Program-made: the position numbers and the translations under genes
Assembly (NCBI GenBank): GCA_964016885.1
Contig: OZ024742.1
Coordinates: 370,760,001-370,824,000, forward strand
DNA: 64,000 nt
From: Eledone cirrhosa
Lineage: Eukaryota
Direction: 5' to 3'
Shown: piece by piece, positions 37,111 through 52,100 of the stretch
Layout of the letters: each line of letters opens with the position of its first letter
Numbering within the stretch: position 1 is the first letter of the stretch
The notes under the pieces: generated by a model
Database searches by the model: none
What the model saw: only the letters and a program-made list of their open reading frames with translations
Told to the model about the DNA's origin: nothing

Positions 37111-40100
37111 ACATGGTGGTCGGGGTATTGACAGTGTCTGGTGAACTTACAGGGTGGTAGGGGCATTGACAGTGTCTTGTGACTTTACAGGTTGGTAGGG
37201 GTATTGACAGTGTCTGGTGACCCTACAGAGTGGTAGGGACATTGACAGTGTCTGGTGACCCTACAGGGTGGTAGGGGCATTAACAGTGTATGGTGACCTT
37301 ACAGGGTGGTAGGGGTATTGACAGTGTCTGGTGACCTTACAGGGTGGTAGGTGTAGTGACAGTGTCTGGTGATCCTATAGGGTGGTAGGGGTATTGACAG
37401 TGTCTGGTGACCTTACAGGGTGGTTGGCGTGTTCACAGTGTCTGGTCACCTTACAGGGTGGTAGGGGTATTGACAGTGTCTGGTGACCCTACATGGTGGT
37501 AGGGGCATTGACAGTGTCTGGTGACCCTATAGGGTGGTAGGGGTATTGATAGTGTATGGTGACCCTACAGGGTGGTAGGGGTATTGACAGTGTCTTGTGA
37601 CACTACAGGGTGGTAGGGGTATTGACATTGTATGGTAACCTTACAGGGTTGTAGGGGTATTGACAGTGTCTGGTGACTCTACAGGGTGGTAGGTGCATTG
37701 ACAGTGTACGGTAACCTTACAGGGTGGTAGGGGTATTGACAGTGTCTGGTGACCTTACAGGGTGGTAGGGGTATTAACAGTGTCTGGTGACCCTACAGGG
37801 TGGTAGGGGCATTGACAGTGTCTGGTAACCTTACAGGGTGGTATGGTTATTGACAGTGTCTGGTGACCTTACAGGGTGGTAGGTGTATTGACAGTGTCTG
37901 ATGACCCTACATGATGGTAGGGGCATTGACAGTGTATGGTGACCCTATAGGGTGGTAGGTGTATTGACAGTGTATGGTGATCCTACAGGGTCGTAGAGGT
38001 ATTGACAGTGTCTGGTGATCCTACAGGGTGGTAGGGGCATTGAGAATGCCTGGTGACCTTACAGGGTGCTAGGGGTATTGACAGTGTATGGTGACCTTAC
38101 AGGGTGGTAGGGTTATTGACAGTGTATGGAGACCTTACAGGGTGGTAGGGGTATTGACAGTGTCTCGTGACCCTACAGGGTGGTAGGGGCATTGACAGTG
38201 TCTGGTGACCTTACAGGGTGGTAGGGTTATTGACAGTGTCTGGTGATCTTACAGGGAGGTAGGGGTATTGACAGTGTATGGTGACCTTACAGGGTGGTAG
38301 GGGTATTGACAGTGTCTGGTGACCTTACAGGGTGTTAGGGGTATTGACAGTGTCTGCTGACCTTACAGGGTGGTAGGGGTATTGACAGTGTATGCTGACA
38401 TTACAGGGTGGTAGTGGTATTGACAGTGTATGGTGACCTTACAGGGTGGTAGGGGCATTGACAGTGTATGGTGACCTTACAGCGTGGTAGGGGTATTGAC
38501 GTTATATGGTGACCTTACAGGGTGGTAGTGGCATTGACAGTGTATGGTGACCTTACAGGGTGGCAAGTGTATTGACAGTGTATGGTGACCTTACAGGGTG
38601 GTAGGGTTATTGACAGTATATGCTGACCTTACAGGGTGGTAGGGGCATTGACAGTGTCTGGTGACCTTACAGGGTGGTAGGGGTATTGACAGTGTATGTG
38701 ACCTTACAGGGTGGTAGGGGTATTGACAGTGTATGGTGACCTTACAGGATGGTAGGGGTATTGACAGTGTCTGGTGACCCTACAGGGAAGTAGGTGCATT
38801 GACAGTGTATGGTGACCCTACAGGGTGGTACGGGCATTGATAGTGTATGGTGACCTTACAGGGTGGTAGGGGTATTGACAGTGTCTCGTGACCTTACAGG
38901 GTGGTAGGGGCATTGACAGTGTCTGGTGACCTTACAGGGTGGTAGGGGTACTGACAGTGTCTGGTGACCTTACAGGGTGGTAGGGTTATTGACAGTGTCT
39001 GGTGACCCTACAGGGTGGTAGGGGTATTGACAGTGTCTAGTGACCCTACAGGGTGGTAGGGGTATTGACAGTGTCTAGTGACCCTACAGGGTGGTAGGGG
39101 TATTGACAGTGTCTGGTGATCCTACAGGGTGGTAGGGGTATTGACAGTGTCTGGTGACCCTACAGGGTGGTAGGGGCATTGAGAGTGTCTGGTGACCTTA
39201 ACAGGGTGGTAGGGGCATTGAGAGTGTCTGGTGACCTTAACATGGTGGTAGGGTGTTGACACTGTCTGGTGACCTTACAGGGTGGTAGGGGTATTGACAG
39301 TGTCTGGTGACCTTACAGGGTGGTAGGGGTATTGACAGTGTATGGTGACCTTACAGGGTGGTATGGGTATTGACAGTGTCTCGTGACCTTACATGGTGGT
39401 AGGGGCATTGACAGTGTCTGGTGACCTTACAGGGTGGTAGGGGTATTGACAGTGTCTGGGGACCTTACAGGGTGGTAGGGGCATTAACCGTATCTGGTGA
39501 CCCTACAGGGTGGTAGGGACATTGACAGTGTCTGGTGACCTTACAGGGTGGTAGGGGTATTGACAGTATATGGTGACCTTACAGGGTGGTAGGGGTATTG
39601 ACAGTGTATAGTGACCTTACAGGGTGGTAGGGATATTGACACTGTATGGTACATTACAGTGTGGTAGTGGTATTGACAGTGTCTGGTGACCTTACAGGGT
39701 GGTAGGGGCATTGACAGTGTATGGTGACCCTACAGGGTGGTACGAGCATTGACAGTGTCTGGTGACCTTACAGGGTGGTAGGGGTATTGACAGTGTCTGG
39801 TGACCATACAGGGTGGTAGGGGTATTGACAGTGTCTGGTGAACCTACAGGGTGGTAGGGGCATTGACAGTATCTAGTGACCCAACACGGTGGTAGGGGCA
39901 TTAACAGTGTATGGTGACCTTACAGGGTGGTAGGTGTATTGACAGTGTCTGGTGACCTTACAGGGTGGTAGGGGTATTGACAGTGTCTGGTGACCCTATA
40001 GGGTGGTAGGGGTATTGACAGTGTCTGGTGACCTTACAGGGTGGTAGGGGTGTTCACAGTTTCTGGTGACCATACAGGGTGGTAGGGGTATTGACAGTGT

Positions 40101-43100
40101 CTGGTGACCCTATAGGGTGGTAAATGTATTGACCGTGTCTGGTGACCTTACAGGGTGGTAGGGGTATTGACAGTGTCTGATGACCCTACATGGTGGTAGG
40201 GGTATTGACAGTGTATGGTGACCTTACAGGGTGGTAGGAGTATTGTCAGTGTCTGGTGACCTTACAGGGTGGTAGGGGTATTGACAGTGTCTGTTGACCC
40301 TACAGGGTGGTAGGGGTATTGACAGTGTATGGTAACCTTACAGGGTGGTAGGATTATTGACAGTGTCTGGTGACCCTACAGGGTGGTAGGGGTATTGACA
40401 GTGTCTGGTGACCCTACAGGGTGGTAGGGGTATTGACAGTGTCTGGTGACCTTACAGGGTGGTACGGGCATTGAAAGTGTCTGGTGACTTACAGGGTGGT
40501 AGGGTTATTGACAGTGTCTGGTGACCTAACAGGGTGGTAGGGGTATTGACAGTGTCTGGTGACCCTACAGGGTGGTAGGGGCATTGACAGTGTCTAGTGA
40601 CCCTACAGGGTGGTAGGGACATTGACAGTGTCTGGTGATCTTACAGGGTGGTAGTGGTAATGACAGTGTATGGTGAACCTACAGGGTGGTAGGGGTATTG
40701 ACAGTGTCTGGTGGCCTTAGGGTGGTAGGGGTATTGACAATGTCTAGTGACCCTACAGGGTGGTAGGGACATTGACAGTGTCTGGTGATCTTACAGGGTG
40801 GTAGTGGTAATGACAGTGTATGGTGAACCTACAGGGTGGTAGGGGTATTGACAGTGTCTGTGGCCCTAGGGTGGTAGGGGTATTGACAGTGTATGGTGAC
40901 CCTATAGGGTGGTAGGGGCATTGACAGTGTATGGTGACCTTACAGGGTGGTAGGGGCATTAACCGTATGTGGTGACCCTACAGGGTGGTAGGGACATTGA
41001 CAGTGTCTGGCGACCTTACAGGGTGGTAGGGTTATTGACAGTGTCTGGTGACCCTACAGGGTGGTAGGGGCATTGACAATGTCTAGTGACCCTACAGGGT
41101 GGTAGGTGTATTGACAGTGTCTAGTTACCCTACAGGGTGGTAGGGTTATTGACAGTGTCTAGTGAACTTACAGGGTGGTAGGGGTATTGACAGTGTTGGT
41201 GTCCTTACAGTGTGGTAGGGGTATTGACAGTGTCTGGTGACCTTACAAGGTGGTAGGGGTATTGACAGTGTCTCGTGACCTTACAGGCTGGTAGGGGTAT
41301 TTACAGTCTATTGTGATCCTACAGGGTGGTAGGGGTATTGAGAGTCTCTGGTGACCCTACAGGGTGGTAGGCGCATTGACAGTGTCTGGTGAACATACAG
41401 GGTGGTAGGGGCATTGAGAGTGTCTGGTGACCTTACAGGGTGGTAGGGGTATTGACAGTGTCTGGTGACCCTACAGGGTGGTAGGGGCATTGACAATGTC
41501 TAGAGACCCTACAGGGTGGTAGTGGTATTGACAATGTCTGGTGATATTACAGGGTGGTAGGCGTATTGACAGTGATTGGTGAACTTACAGGGTGGTAGGG
41601 GCATTGACAGTGTCTAGTGACCCTACAGGGTGGTAGGGGTATTGACAGTGTCTGGTGAACTTACAGGGTTGTAGGGGTATTGACAGTGTCTGGTGAACCT
41701 ACAGGATGGTAGAGGTATTGACAGTGTTGGTGATCTTAGAGTGTGGTAGGGGTATTGACAGTGTCTGGTGACCTTACAAGGAGGTAGGGGTATTGACAGT
41801 GTCTCGTGACCTTACAGGCTGGTAGGGGTATTTACAGTCTATTGTGATCCTACAGGGTGGTAGGGGTATTGAGAGTCTCTGGTGACCCTACATGGTGGTA
41901 GGGGCATTGACAGTGTCTGGTGAACATACAGGGTGGTAGGGGCATTCACAGTGTCTGGTGAACTTACAGGGTGGTAGGGGTATTGACAGTGTCTGGTGAC
42001 CCTACAGGGTGGTAGGGGCATTGACAATGTCTAGTGACCCTACAGGGTGGTAGGGGTATTGACAATGTCTGGTGACCCTACATGGTGGTCGGGGTATTGA
42101 CAGTGTCTGGTGAACTTACAGGGTGGTAGGGGCATTGACAGTGTCTTGTGACTTTACAGGTTGGTAGGGGTATTGACAGTGTCTGGTGACCCTACAGAGT
42201 GGTAGGGACATTGACAGTGTCTGGTGACCCTACAGGGTGGTAGGGGCATTAACAGTGTATGGTGACCTTACAGGGTGGTAGGGGTATTGACAGTGTCTGG
42301 TGACCTTACAGGGTGGTAGGTGTAGTGACAGTGTCTGGTGATCCTATAGGGTGGTAGGGGTATTGACAGTGTCTGGTGACCTTACAGGGTGGTTGGCGTG
42401 TTCACAGTGTCTGGTCACCTTACAGGGTGGTAGGGGTATTGACAGTGTCTGGTGACCCTACATGGTGGTAGGGGCATTGACAGTGTCTGGTGACCCTATA
42501 GGGTGGTAGGGGTATTGACAGTGTATGGTGACCCTACAGGGTGGTAGGGGTATTGACAGTGTCTTGTGACACTACAGGGTGGTAGGGGTATTGACATTGT
42601 ATGGTAACCTTACAGGGTTGTAGGGGTATTGACAGTGTCTGGTGACCTTAACATGGTGGTAGGGTGTTGACACTGTCTGGTGACCTTACAGGGTGGTAGG
42701 GGTATTGACAGTGTCTGGTGACCTTACAGGGTGGTAGGGGTATTGACAGTGTATGGTGACCTTACAGGGTGGTATGGGTATTGACAGTGTCTCGTGACCT
42801 TACATGGTGGTAGGGGCATTGACAGTGTCTGGTGACCTTACAGGGTGGTAAGGGTATTGACAGTGTCTGGGGACCTTACAGGGTGGTAGGGGCATTAACC
42901 GTATCTGGTGACCCTACAGGGTGGTAGGGACATTGACAGTGTCTGGTGACCTTACAGGGTGGTAGGGGTATTGACAGTATATGGTGACCTTACAGGGTGG
43001 TAGGGGTATTGACAGTGTATAGTGACCTTACAGGGTGGTAGGGATATTGACACTGTATGGTACATTACAGTGTGGTAGGGGTATTGACAGTGTCTGGTGA

Positions 43101-46100
43101 CCTTACAGGGTGGTAGGGGCATTGACAGTGTATGGTGACCCTACAGGGTGGTACGTCCATTGACAGTGTCTGGTGACCTTACAGGGTGGTAGGGGTATTG
43201 ACAGTGTCTGGTGACCATACAGGGTGGTAGGGGTATTGACAGTGTCTGGTGACCCTACAGGGTGGTAGGGGCATTGACAGTATCTAGTGACCCAACACGG
43301 TGGTAGGGGCATTAACAGTGTATGGTGACCTTACAGGGTGGTAGGTGTATTGACAGTGTCTGGTGACCTTACAGGGTGGTAGGGGTATTGACAGTGTCTG
43401 GTGACCCTATAGGGTGGTAGGGGTATTGACAGTGTCTGGTGACCTTACAGGGTGGTAGGGGTGTTCACAGTTTCTGGTGACCATACAGGGTGGTAGGGGT
43501 ATTGACAGTGTCTGGTGACCCTATAGGGTGGTAAATGTATTGACCGTGTCTGGTGACCTTACAGGGTGGTAGGGGTATTGACAGTGTCTGATGACCCTAC
43601 ATGGTGGTAGGGGTATTGACAGTGTATGGTGACCTTACAGGGTGGTAGGAGTATTGTCAGTGTCTGGTGACCTTACAGGGTGGTAGGGGTATTGACAGTG
43701 TCTGTTGACCCTACAGGGTGGTAGGGGTATTGACAGTGTATGGTAACCTTACAGGGTGGTAGGATTATTGACAGTGTCTGGTGACCCTACAGGGTGGTAG
43801 GGGTATTGACAGTGTCTGGTGACCCTACAGGGTGGTAGGGGTATTGACAGTGTCTGGTGACCTTACAGGGTGGTACGGGCATTGAAAGTGTCTGGTGACT
43901 TACAGGGTGGTAGGGTTATTGACAGTGTCTGGTGACCTAACAGGGTGGTAGGGGTATTGACAGTGTCTGGTGACCCTACAGGGTGGTAGGGGCATTGACA
44001 GTGTCTAGTGACCCTACAGGGTGGTAGGGACATTGACAGTGTCTGGTGATCTTACAGGGTGGTAGTGGTAATGACAGTGTATGGTGAACCTACAGGGTGG
44101 TAGGGGTATTGACAGTGTCTGGTGGCCTTAGGGTGGTAGGGGTATTGACAATGTCTAGTGACCCTACAGGGTGGTAGGGACATTGACAGTGTCTGGTGAT
44201 CTTACAGGGTGGTAGTGGTAATGACAGTGTATGGTGAACCTACAGGGTGGTAGGGGTATTGACAGTGTCTGTGGCCCTAGGGTGGTAGGGGTATTGACAG
44301 TGTATAGTGACCCTATAGGGTGGTAGGGGCATTGACAGTGTATGGTGACCTTACAGGGTGGTAGGGGCATTAACCGTATGTGGTGACCCTACAGGGTGGT
44401 AGGGACATTGACAGTGTCTGGCGACCTTACAGGGTGGTAGGGTTATTGACAGTGTCTGGTGACCCTACAGGGTGGTAGGGGCATTGACAATGTCTAGTGA
44501 CCCTACAGGGTGGTAGGTGTATTGACAGTGTCTAGTTACCCTACAGGGTGGTAGGGTTATTGACAGTGTCTAGTGAACTTACAGGGTGGTAGGGGTATTG
44601 ACAGTGTTGGTGTCCTTACAGTGTGGTAGGGGTATTGACAGTGTCTGGTGACCTTACAAGGTGGTAGGGGTATTGACAGTGTCTCGTGACCTTACAGGCT
44701 GGTAGGGGTATTTACAGTCTATTGTGATCCTACAGGGTGGTAGGGGTATTGAGAGTCTCTGGTGACCCTACAGGGTGGTAGGCGCATTGACAGTGTCTGG
44801 TGAACATACAGGGTGGTAGGGGCATTGAGAGTGTCTGGTGACCTTACAGGGTGGTAGGGGTATTGACAGTGTCTGGTGACCCTACAGGGTGGTAGGGGCA
44901 TTGACAATGTCTAGAGACCCTACAGGGTGGTAGTGGTATTGACAATGTCTGGTGATATTACAGGGTGGTAGGCGTATTGACAGTGATTGGTGAACTTACA
45001 GGGTGGTAGGGGCATTGACAGTGTCTAGTGACCCTACAGGGTGGTAGGGGTATTGACAGTGTCTGGTGAACTTACAGGGTTGTAGGGGTATTGACAGTGT
45101 CTGGTGAACCTACAGGATGGTAGGGGTATTGACAGTGTTGGTGATCTTAGAGTGTGGTAGGGGTATTGACAGTGTCTGGTGACCTTACAAGGAGGTAGGG
45201 GTATTGACAGTGTCTCGTGACCTTACAGGCTGGTAGGGGTATTTACAGTCTATTGTGATCCTACAGGGTGGTAGGGGTATTGAGAGTCTCTGGTGACCCT
45301 ACATGGTGGTAGGGGCATTGACAGTGTCTGGTGAACATACAGGGTGGTAGGGGCATTCACAGTGTCTGGTGAACTTACAGGGTGGTAGGGGTATTGACAG
45401 TGTCTGGTGACCCTACAGGGTGGTAGGGGCATTGACAATGTCTAGTGACCCTACAGGGTGGTAGGGGTATTGACAATGTCTGGTGACCCTACATGGTGGT
45501 CGGGGTATTGACAGTGTCTGGTGAACTTACAGGGTGGTAGGGGCATTGACAGTGTCTTGTGACTTTACAGGTTGGTAGGGGTATTGACAGTGTCTGGTGA
45601 CCCTACAGAGTGGTAGGGACATTGACAGTGTCTGGTGACCCTACAGGGTGGTAGGGGCATTAACAGTGTATGGTGACCTTACAGGGTGGTAGGGGTATTG
45701 ACAGTGTCTGGTGACCTTACAGGGTGGTAGGTGTAGTGACAGTGTCTGGTGATCCTATAGGGTGGTAGGGGTATTGACAGTGTCTGGTGACCTTACAGGG
45801 TGGTTGGCGTGTTCACAGTGTCTGGTCACCTTACAGGGTGGTAGGGGTATTGACAGTGTCTGGTGACCCTACATGGTGGTAGGGGCATTGACAGTGTCTG
45901 GTGACCCTATAGGGTGGTAGGGGTATTGACAGTGTATGGTGACCCTACAGGGTGGTAGGGGTATTGACAGTGTCTTGTGACACTACAGGGTGGTAGGGGT
46001 ATTGACATTGTATGGTAACCTTACAGGGTTGTAGGGGTATTGACAGTGTCTGGTGACTCTACAGGGTGGTAGGTGCATTGACAGTGTACGGTAACCTTAC

Positions 46101-49100
46101 AGGGTGGTAGGGGTATTGACAGTGTCTGGTGACCTTACAGGGTGGTAGGGGTATTAACAGTGTCTGGTGACCCTACAGGGTGGTAGGGGCATTGACAGTG
46201 TCTGTTAACCTTACAGGGTGGTATGGTTATTGACAGTGTCTGGTGACCTTACAGGGTGGTAGGTGTATTGACAGTGTCTGATGACCCTACATGGTGGTAG
46301 GGGCATTGACAGTGTATGGTGACCCTATAGGGTGGTAGGTGTATTGACAGTGTATGGTGATCCTACAGGGTCGTAGAGGTATTGACAGTGTCTGGTGATC
46401 CTACAGGGTGGTAGGGGCATTGAGAATGCCTGGTGACCTTACAGGGTGCTAGGGGTATTGACAGTGTATGGTGACCTTACAGGGTGGTAGGGTTATTGAC
46501 AGTGTATGGAGACCTTACAGGGTGGTAGGGGTATTGACAGTGTCTCGTGACCCTACAGGGTGGTTGGGCCATTGACAGTGTCTGGTGACCTTACAGGGTG
46601 GTAGGGTTATTGACAGTGTCTGGTGATCTTACAGGGAGGTAGGGGTATTGACAGTGTATGGTGACCTTACAGGGTGGTAGGGGTATTGACAGTGTCTGGT
46701 GACCTTACAGGGTGTTAGGGGTATTGACAGTGTCTGCTGACCTTACAGGGTGGTAGGGGTATTGACAGTGTATGCTGACATTACAGGGTGGTAGTGGTAT
46801 TGACAGTGTATGGTGACCTTACAGGGTGGTAGGGGCATTGACAGTGTATGGTGACCTTACAGCGTGGTAGGGGTATTGACGTTATATGGTGACCTTACAG
46901 GGTGGTAGTGGCATTGACAGTGTATGGTGACCTTACAGGGTGGCAAGTGTATTGACAGTGTATGGTGACCTTACAGGGTGGTAGGGTTATTGACAGTATA
47001 TGCTGACCTTACAGGGTGGTAGGGGCATTGACAGTGTCTGGTGACCTTACAGGGTGGTAGGGGTATTGACAGTGTATGTGACCTTACAGGGTGGTAGGGG
47101 TATTGACAGTGTATGGTGACCTTACAGGATGGTAGGGGTATTGACAGTGTCTGGTGACCCTACAGGGAAGTAGGTGCATTGACAGTGTATGGTGACCCTA
47201 CAGGGTGGTACGGGCATTGATAGTGTATGGTGACCTTACAGGGTGGTAGGGGTATTGACAGTGTCTCGTGACCTTACAGGGTGGTAGGGGCATTGACAGT
47301 GTCTGGTGACCTTATAGGGTGGTAGGGGTACTGACAGTGTCTGGTGACCTTACAGGGTGGTAGGGTTATTGACAGTGTCTGGTGACCCTACAGGGTGGTA
47401 GGGGTATTGACAGTGTCTAGTGACCCTACAGGGTGGTAGGGGTATTGACAGTGTCTAGTGACCCTACAGGGTGGTAGGGGTATTGACAGTGTCTGGTGAT
47501 CCTACAGGGTGGTAGGGGTATTGACAGTGTCTGGTGACCCTACAGGGTGGTAGGGGCATTGAGAGTGTCTGGTGACCTTAACAGGGTGGTAGGGGCATTG
47601 AGAGTGTCTGGTGACCTTAACATGGTGGTAGGGTGTTGACACTGTCTGGTGACCTTACAGGGTGGTAGGGGTATTGACAGTGTCTGGTGACCTTACAGGG
47701 TGGTAGGGGTATTGACAGTGTATGGTGACCTTACAGGGTGGTATGGGTATTGACAGTGTCTCGTGACCTTACATGGTGGTAGGGGCATTGACAGTGTCTG
47801 GTGACCTTACAGGGTGGTAGGGGTATTGACAGTGTCTGGGGACCTTACAGGGTGGTAGGGGCATTAACCGTATCTGGTGACCCTACAGGGTGGTAGGGAC
47901 ATTGACAGTGTCTGGTGACCTTACAGGGTGGTAGGGGTATTGACAGTATATGGTGACCTTACAGGGTGGTAGGGGTATTGACAGTGTATAGTGACCTTAC
48001 AGGGTGGTAGGGATATTGACACTGTATGGTACATTACAGTGTGGTAGGGGTATTGACAGTGTCTGGTGACCTTACAGGGTGGTAGGGGCATTGACAGTGT
48101 ATGGTGACCCTACAGGGTGGTACGAGCATTGACAGTGTCTGGTGACCTTACAGGGTGGTAGGGGTATTGACAGTGTCTGGTGACCATACAGGGTGGTAGG
48201 GGTATTGACAGTGTCTGGTGACCCTACAGGGTGGTAGGGGCATTGACAGTATCTAGTGACCCAACACGGTGGTAGGGGCATTAACAGTGTATGGTGACCT
48301 TACAGGGTGGTAGGTGTATTGACAGTGTCTGGTGACCTTACAGGGTGGTAGGGGTATTGACAGTGTCTGGTGACCCTACAGGGTGGTAGGGGTATTGACA
48401 GTGTCTGGTGACCCTACAGGGTGGTAGGGGTATTGACAGTGTCTGGTGACCTTACAGGGTGGTACGGGCATTGAAAGTGTCTGGTGACTTACAGGGTGGT
48501 AGGGTTATTGACAGTGTCTGGTGACCTAACAGGGTGGTAGGGGTATTGACAGTGTCTGGTGACCCTACAGGGTGGTAGGGGCATTGACAGTGTCTAGTGA
48601 CCCTACAGGGTGGTAGGGACATTGACAGTGTCTGGTGATCTTACAGGGTGGTAGTGGTAATGACAGTGTATGGTGAACCTACAGGGTGGTAGGGGTATTG
48701 ACAGTGTCTGGTGGCCTTAGGGTGGTAGGGGTATTGACAATGTCTAGTGACCCTACAGGGTGGTAGGGACATTGACAGTGTCTGGTGATCTTACAGGGTG
48801 GTAGTGGTAATGACAGTGTATGGTGAACCTACAGGGTGGTAGGGGTATTGACAGTGTCTGTGGCCCTAGGGTGGTAGGGGTATTGACAGTGTATGGTGAC
48901 CCTATAGGGTGGTAGGGGCATTGACAGTGTATGGTGACCTTACAGGGTGGTAGGGGCATTAACCGTATGTGGTGACCCTACAGGGTGGTAGGGACATTGA
49001 CAGTGTCTGGCGACCTTACAGGGTGGTAGGGTTATTGACAGTGTCTGGTGACCCTACAGGGTGGTAGGGGCATTGACAATGTCTAGTGACCCTACAGGGT

Positions 49101-52100
49101 GGTAGGTGTATTGACAGTGTCTAGTTACCCTACAGGGTGGTAGGGTTATTGACAGTGTCTAGTGAACTTACAGGGTGGTAGGGGTATTGACAGTGTTGGT
49201 GTCCTTACAGTGTGGTAGGGGTATTGACAGTGTCTGGTGACCTTACAAGGTGGTAGGGGTATTGACAGTGTCTCGTGACCTTACAGGCTGGTAGGGGTAT
49301 TTACAGTCTATTGTGATCCTACAGGGTGGTAGGGGTATTGAGAGTCTCTGGTGACCCTACAGGGTGGTAGGCGCATTGACAGTGTCTGGTGAACATACAG
49401 GGTGGTAGGGGCATTGAGAGTGTCTGGTGACCTTACAGGGTGGTAGGGGTATTGACAGTGTCTGGTGACCCTACAGGGTGGTAGGGGCATTGACAATGTC
49501 TAGAGACCCTACAGGGTGGTAGTGGTATTGACAATGTCTGGTGATATTACAGGGTGGTAGGCGTATTGACAGTGATTGGTGAACTTACAGGGTGGTAGGG
49601 GCATTGACAGTGTCTAGTGACCCTACAGGGTGGTAGGGGTATTGACAGTGTCTGGTGAACTTACAGGGTTGTAGGGGTATTGACAGTGTCTGGTGAACCT
49701 ACAGGATGGTAGGGGTATTGACAGTGTTGGTGATCTTAGAGTGTGGTAGGGGTATTGACAGTGTCTGGTGACCTTACAAGGAGGTAGGGGTATTGACAGT
49801 GTCTCGTGACCTTACAGGCTGGTAGGGGTATTTACAGTCTATTGTGATCCTACAGGGTGGTAGGGGTATTGAGAGTCTCTGGTGACCCTACATGGTGGTA
49901 GGGGCATTGACAGTGTCTGGTGAACATACAGGGTGGTAGGGGCATTCACAGTGTCTGGTGAACTTACAGGGTGGTAGGGGTATTGACAGTGTCTGGTGAC
50001 CCTACAGGGTGGTAGGGGCATTGACAATGTCTAGTGACCCTACAGGGTGGTAGGGGTATTGACAATGTCTGGTGACCCTACATGGTGGTCGGGGTATTGA
50101 CAGTGTCTGGTGAACTTACAGGGTGGTAGGGGCATTGACAGTGTCTTGTGACTTTACAGGTTGGTAGGGGTATTGACAGTGTCTGGTGACCCTACAGAGT
50201 GGTAGGGACATTGACAGTGTCTGGTGACCCTACAGGGTGGTAGGGGCATTAACAGTGTATGGTGACCTTACAGGGTGGTAGGGGTATTGACAGTGTCTGG
50301 TGACCTTACAGGGTGGTAGGTGTAGTGACAGTGTCTGGTGATCCTATAGGGTGGTAGGGGTATTGACAGTGTCTGGTGACCTTACAGGGTGGTTGGCGTG
50401 TTCACAGTGTCTGGTCACCTTACAGGGTGGTAGGGGTATTGACAGTGTCTGGTGACCCTACATGGTGGTAGGGGCATTGACAGTGTCTGGTGACCCTATA
50501 GGGTGGTAGGGGTATTGACAGTGTATGGTGACCCTACAGGGTGGTAGGGGTATTGACAGTGTCTTGTGACACTACAGGGTGGTAGGGGTATTGACATTGT
50601 ATGGTAACCTTACAGGGTTGTAGGGGTATTGACAGTGTCTGGTGACTCTACAGGGTGGTAGGTGCATTGACAGTGTACGGTAACCTTACAGGGTGGTAGG
50701 GGTATTGACAGTGTCTGGTGACCTTACAGGGTGGTAGGGGTATTAACAGTGTCTGGTGACCCTACAGGGTGGTAGGGGCATTGACAGTGTCTGGTAACCT
50801 TACAGGGTGGTATGGTTATTGACAGTGTCTGGTGACCTTACAGGGTGGTAGGTGTATTGACAGTGTCTGATGACCCTACATGGTGGTAGGGGCATTGACA
50901 GTGTATGGTGACCCTATAGGGTGGTAGGTGTATTGACAGTGTATGGTGATCCTACAGGGTCGTAGAGGTATTGACAGTGTCTGGTGATCCTACAGGGTGG
51001 TAGGGGCATTGAGAATGCCTGGTGACCTTACAGGGTGCTAGGGGTATTGACAGTGTATGGTGACCTTACAGGGTGGTAGGGTTATTGACAGTGTATGGAG
51101 ACCTTACAGGGTGGTAGGGGTATTGACAGTGTCTCGTGACCCTACAGGGTGGTTGGGGCATTGACAGTGTCTGGTGACCTTACAGGGTGGTAGGGTTATT
51201 GACAGTGTCTGGTGATCTTACAGGGAGGTAGGGGTATTGACAGTGTATGGTGACCTTACAGGGTGGTAGGGGTATTGACAGTGTCTGGTGACCTTACAGG
51301 GTGTTAGGGGTATTGACAGTGTCTGCTGACCTTACAGGGTGGTAGGGGTATTGACAGTGTATGCTGACATTACAGGGTGGTAGTGGTATTGACAGTGTAT
51401 GGTGACCTTACAGGGTGGTAGGGGCATTGACAGTGTATGGTGACCTTACAGCGTGGTAGGGGTATTGACGTTATATGGTGACCTTACAGGGTGGTAGTGG
51501 CATTGACAGTGTATGGTGACCTTACAGGGTGGCAAGTGTATTGACAGTGTATGGTGACCTTACAGGGTGGTAGGGTTATTGACAGTATATGCTGACCTTA
51601 CAGGGTGGTAGGGGCATTGACAGTGTCTGGTGACCTTACAGGGTGGTAGGGGTATTGACAGTGTATGTGACCTTACAGGGTGGTAGGGGTATTGACAGTG
51701 TATGGTGACCTTACAGGATGGTAGGGGTATTGACAGTGTCTGGTGACCCTACAGGGAAGTAGGTGCATTGACAGTGTATGGTGACCCTACAGGGTGGTAC
51801 GGGCATTGATAGTGTATGGTGACCTTACAGGGTGGTAGGGGTATTGACAGTGTCTCGTGACCTTACAGGGTGGTAGGGGCATTGACAGTGTCTGGTGACC
51901 TTATAGGGTGGTAGGGGTACTGACAGTGTCTGGTGACCTTACAGGGTGGTAGGGTTATTGACAGTGTCTGGTGACCCTACAGGGTGGTAGGGGTATTGAC
52001 AGTGTCTAGTGACCCTACAGGGTGGTAGGGGTATTGACAGTGTCTAGTGACCCTACAGGGTGGTAGGGGTATTGACAGTGTCTGGTGATCCTACAGGGTG

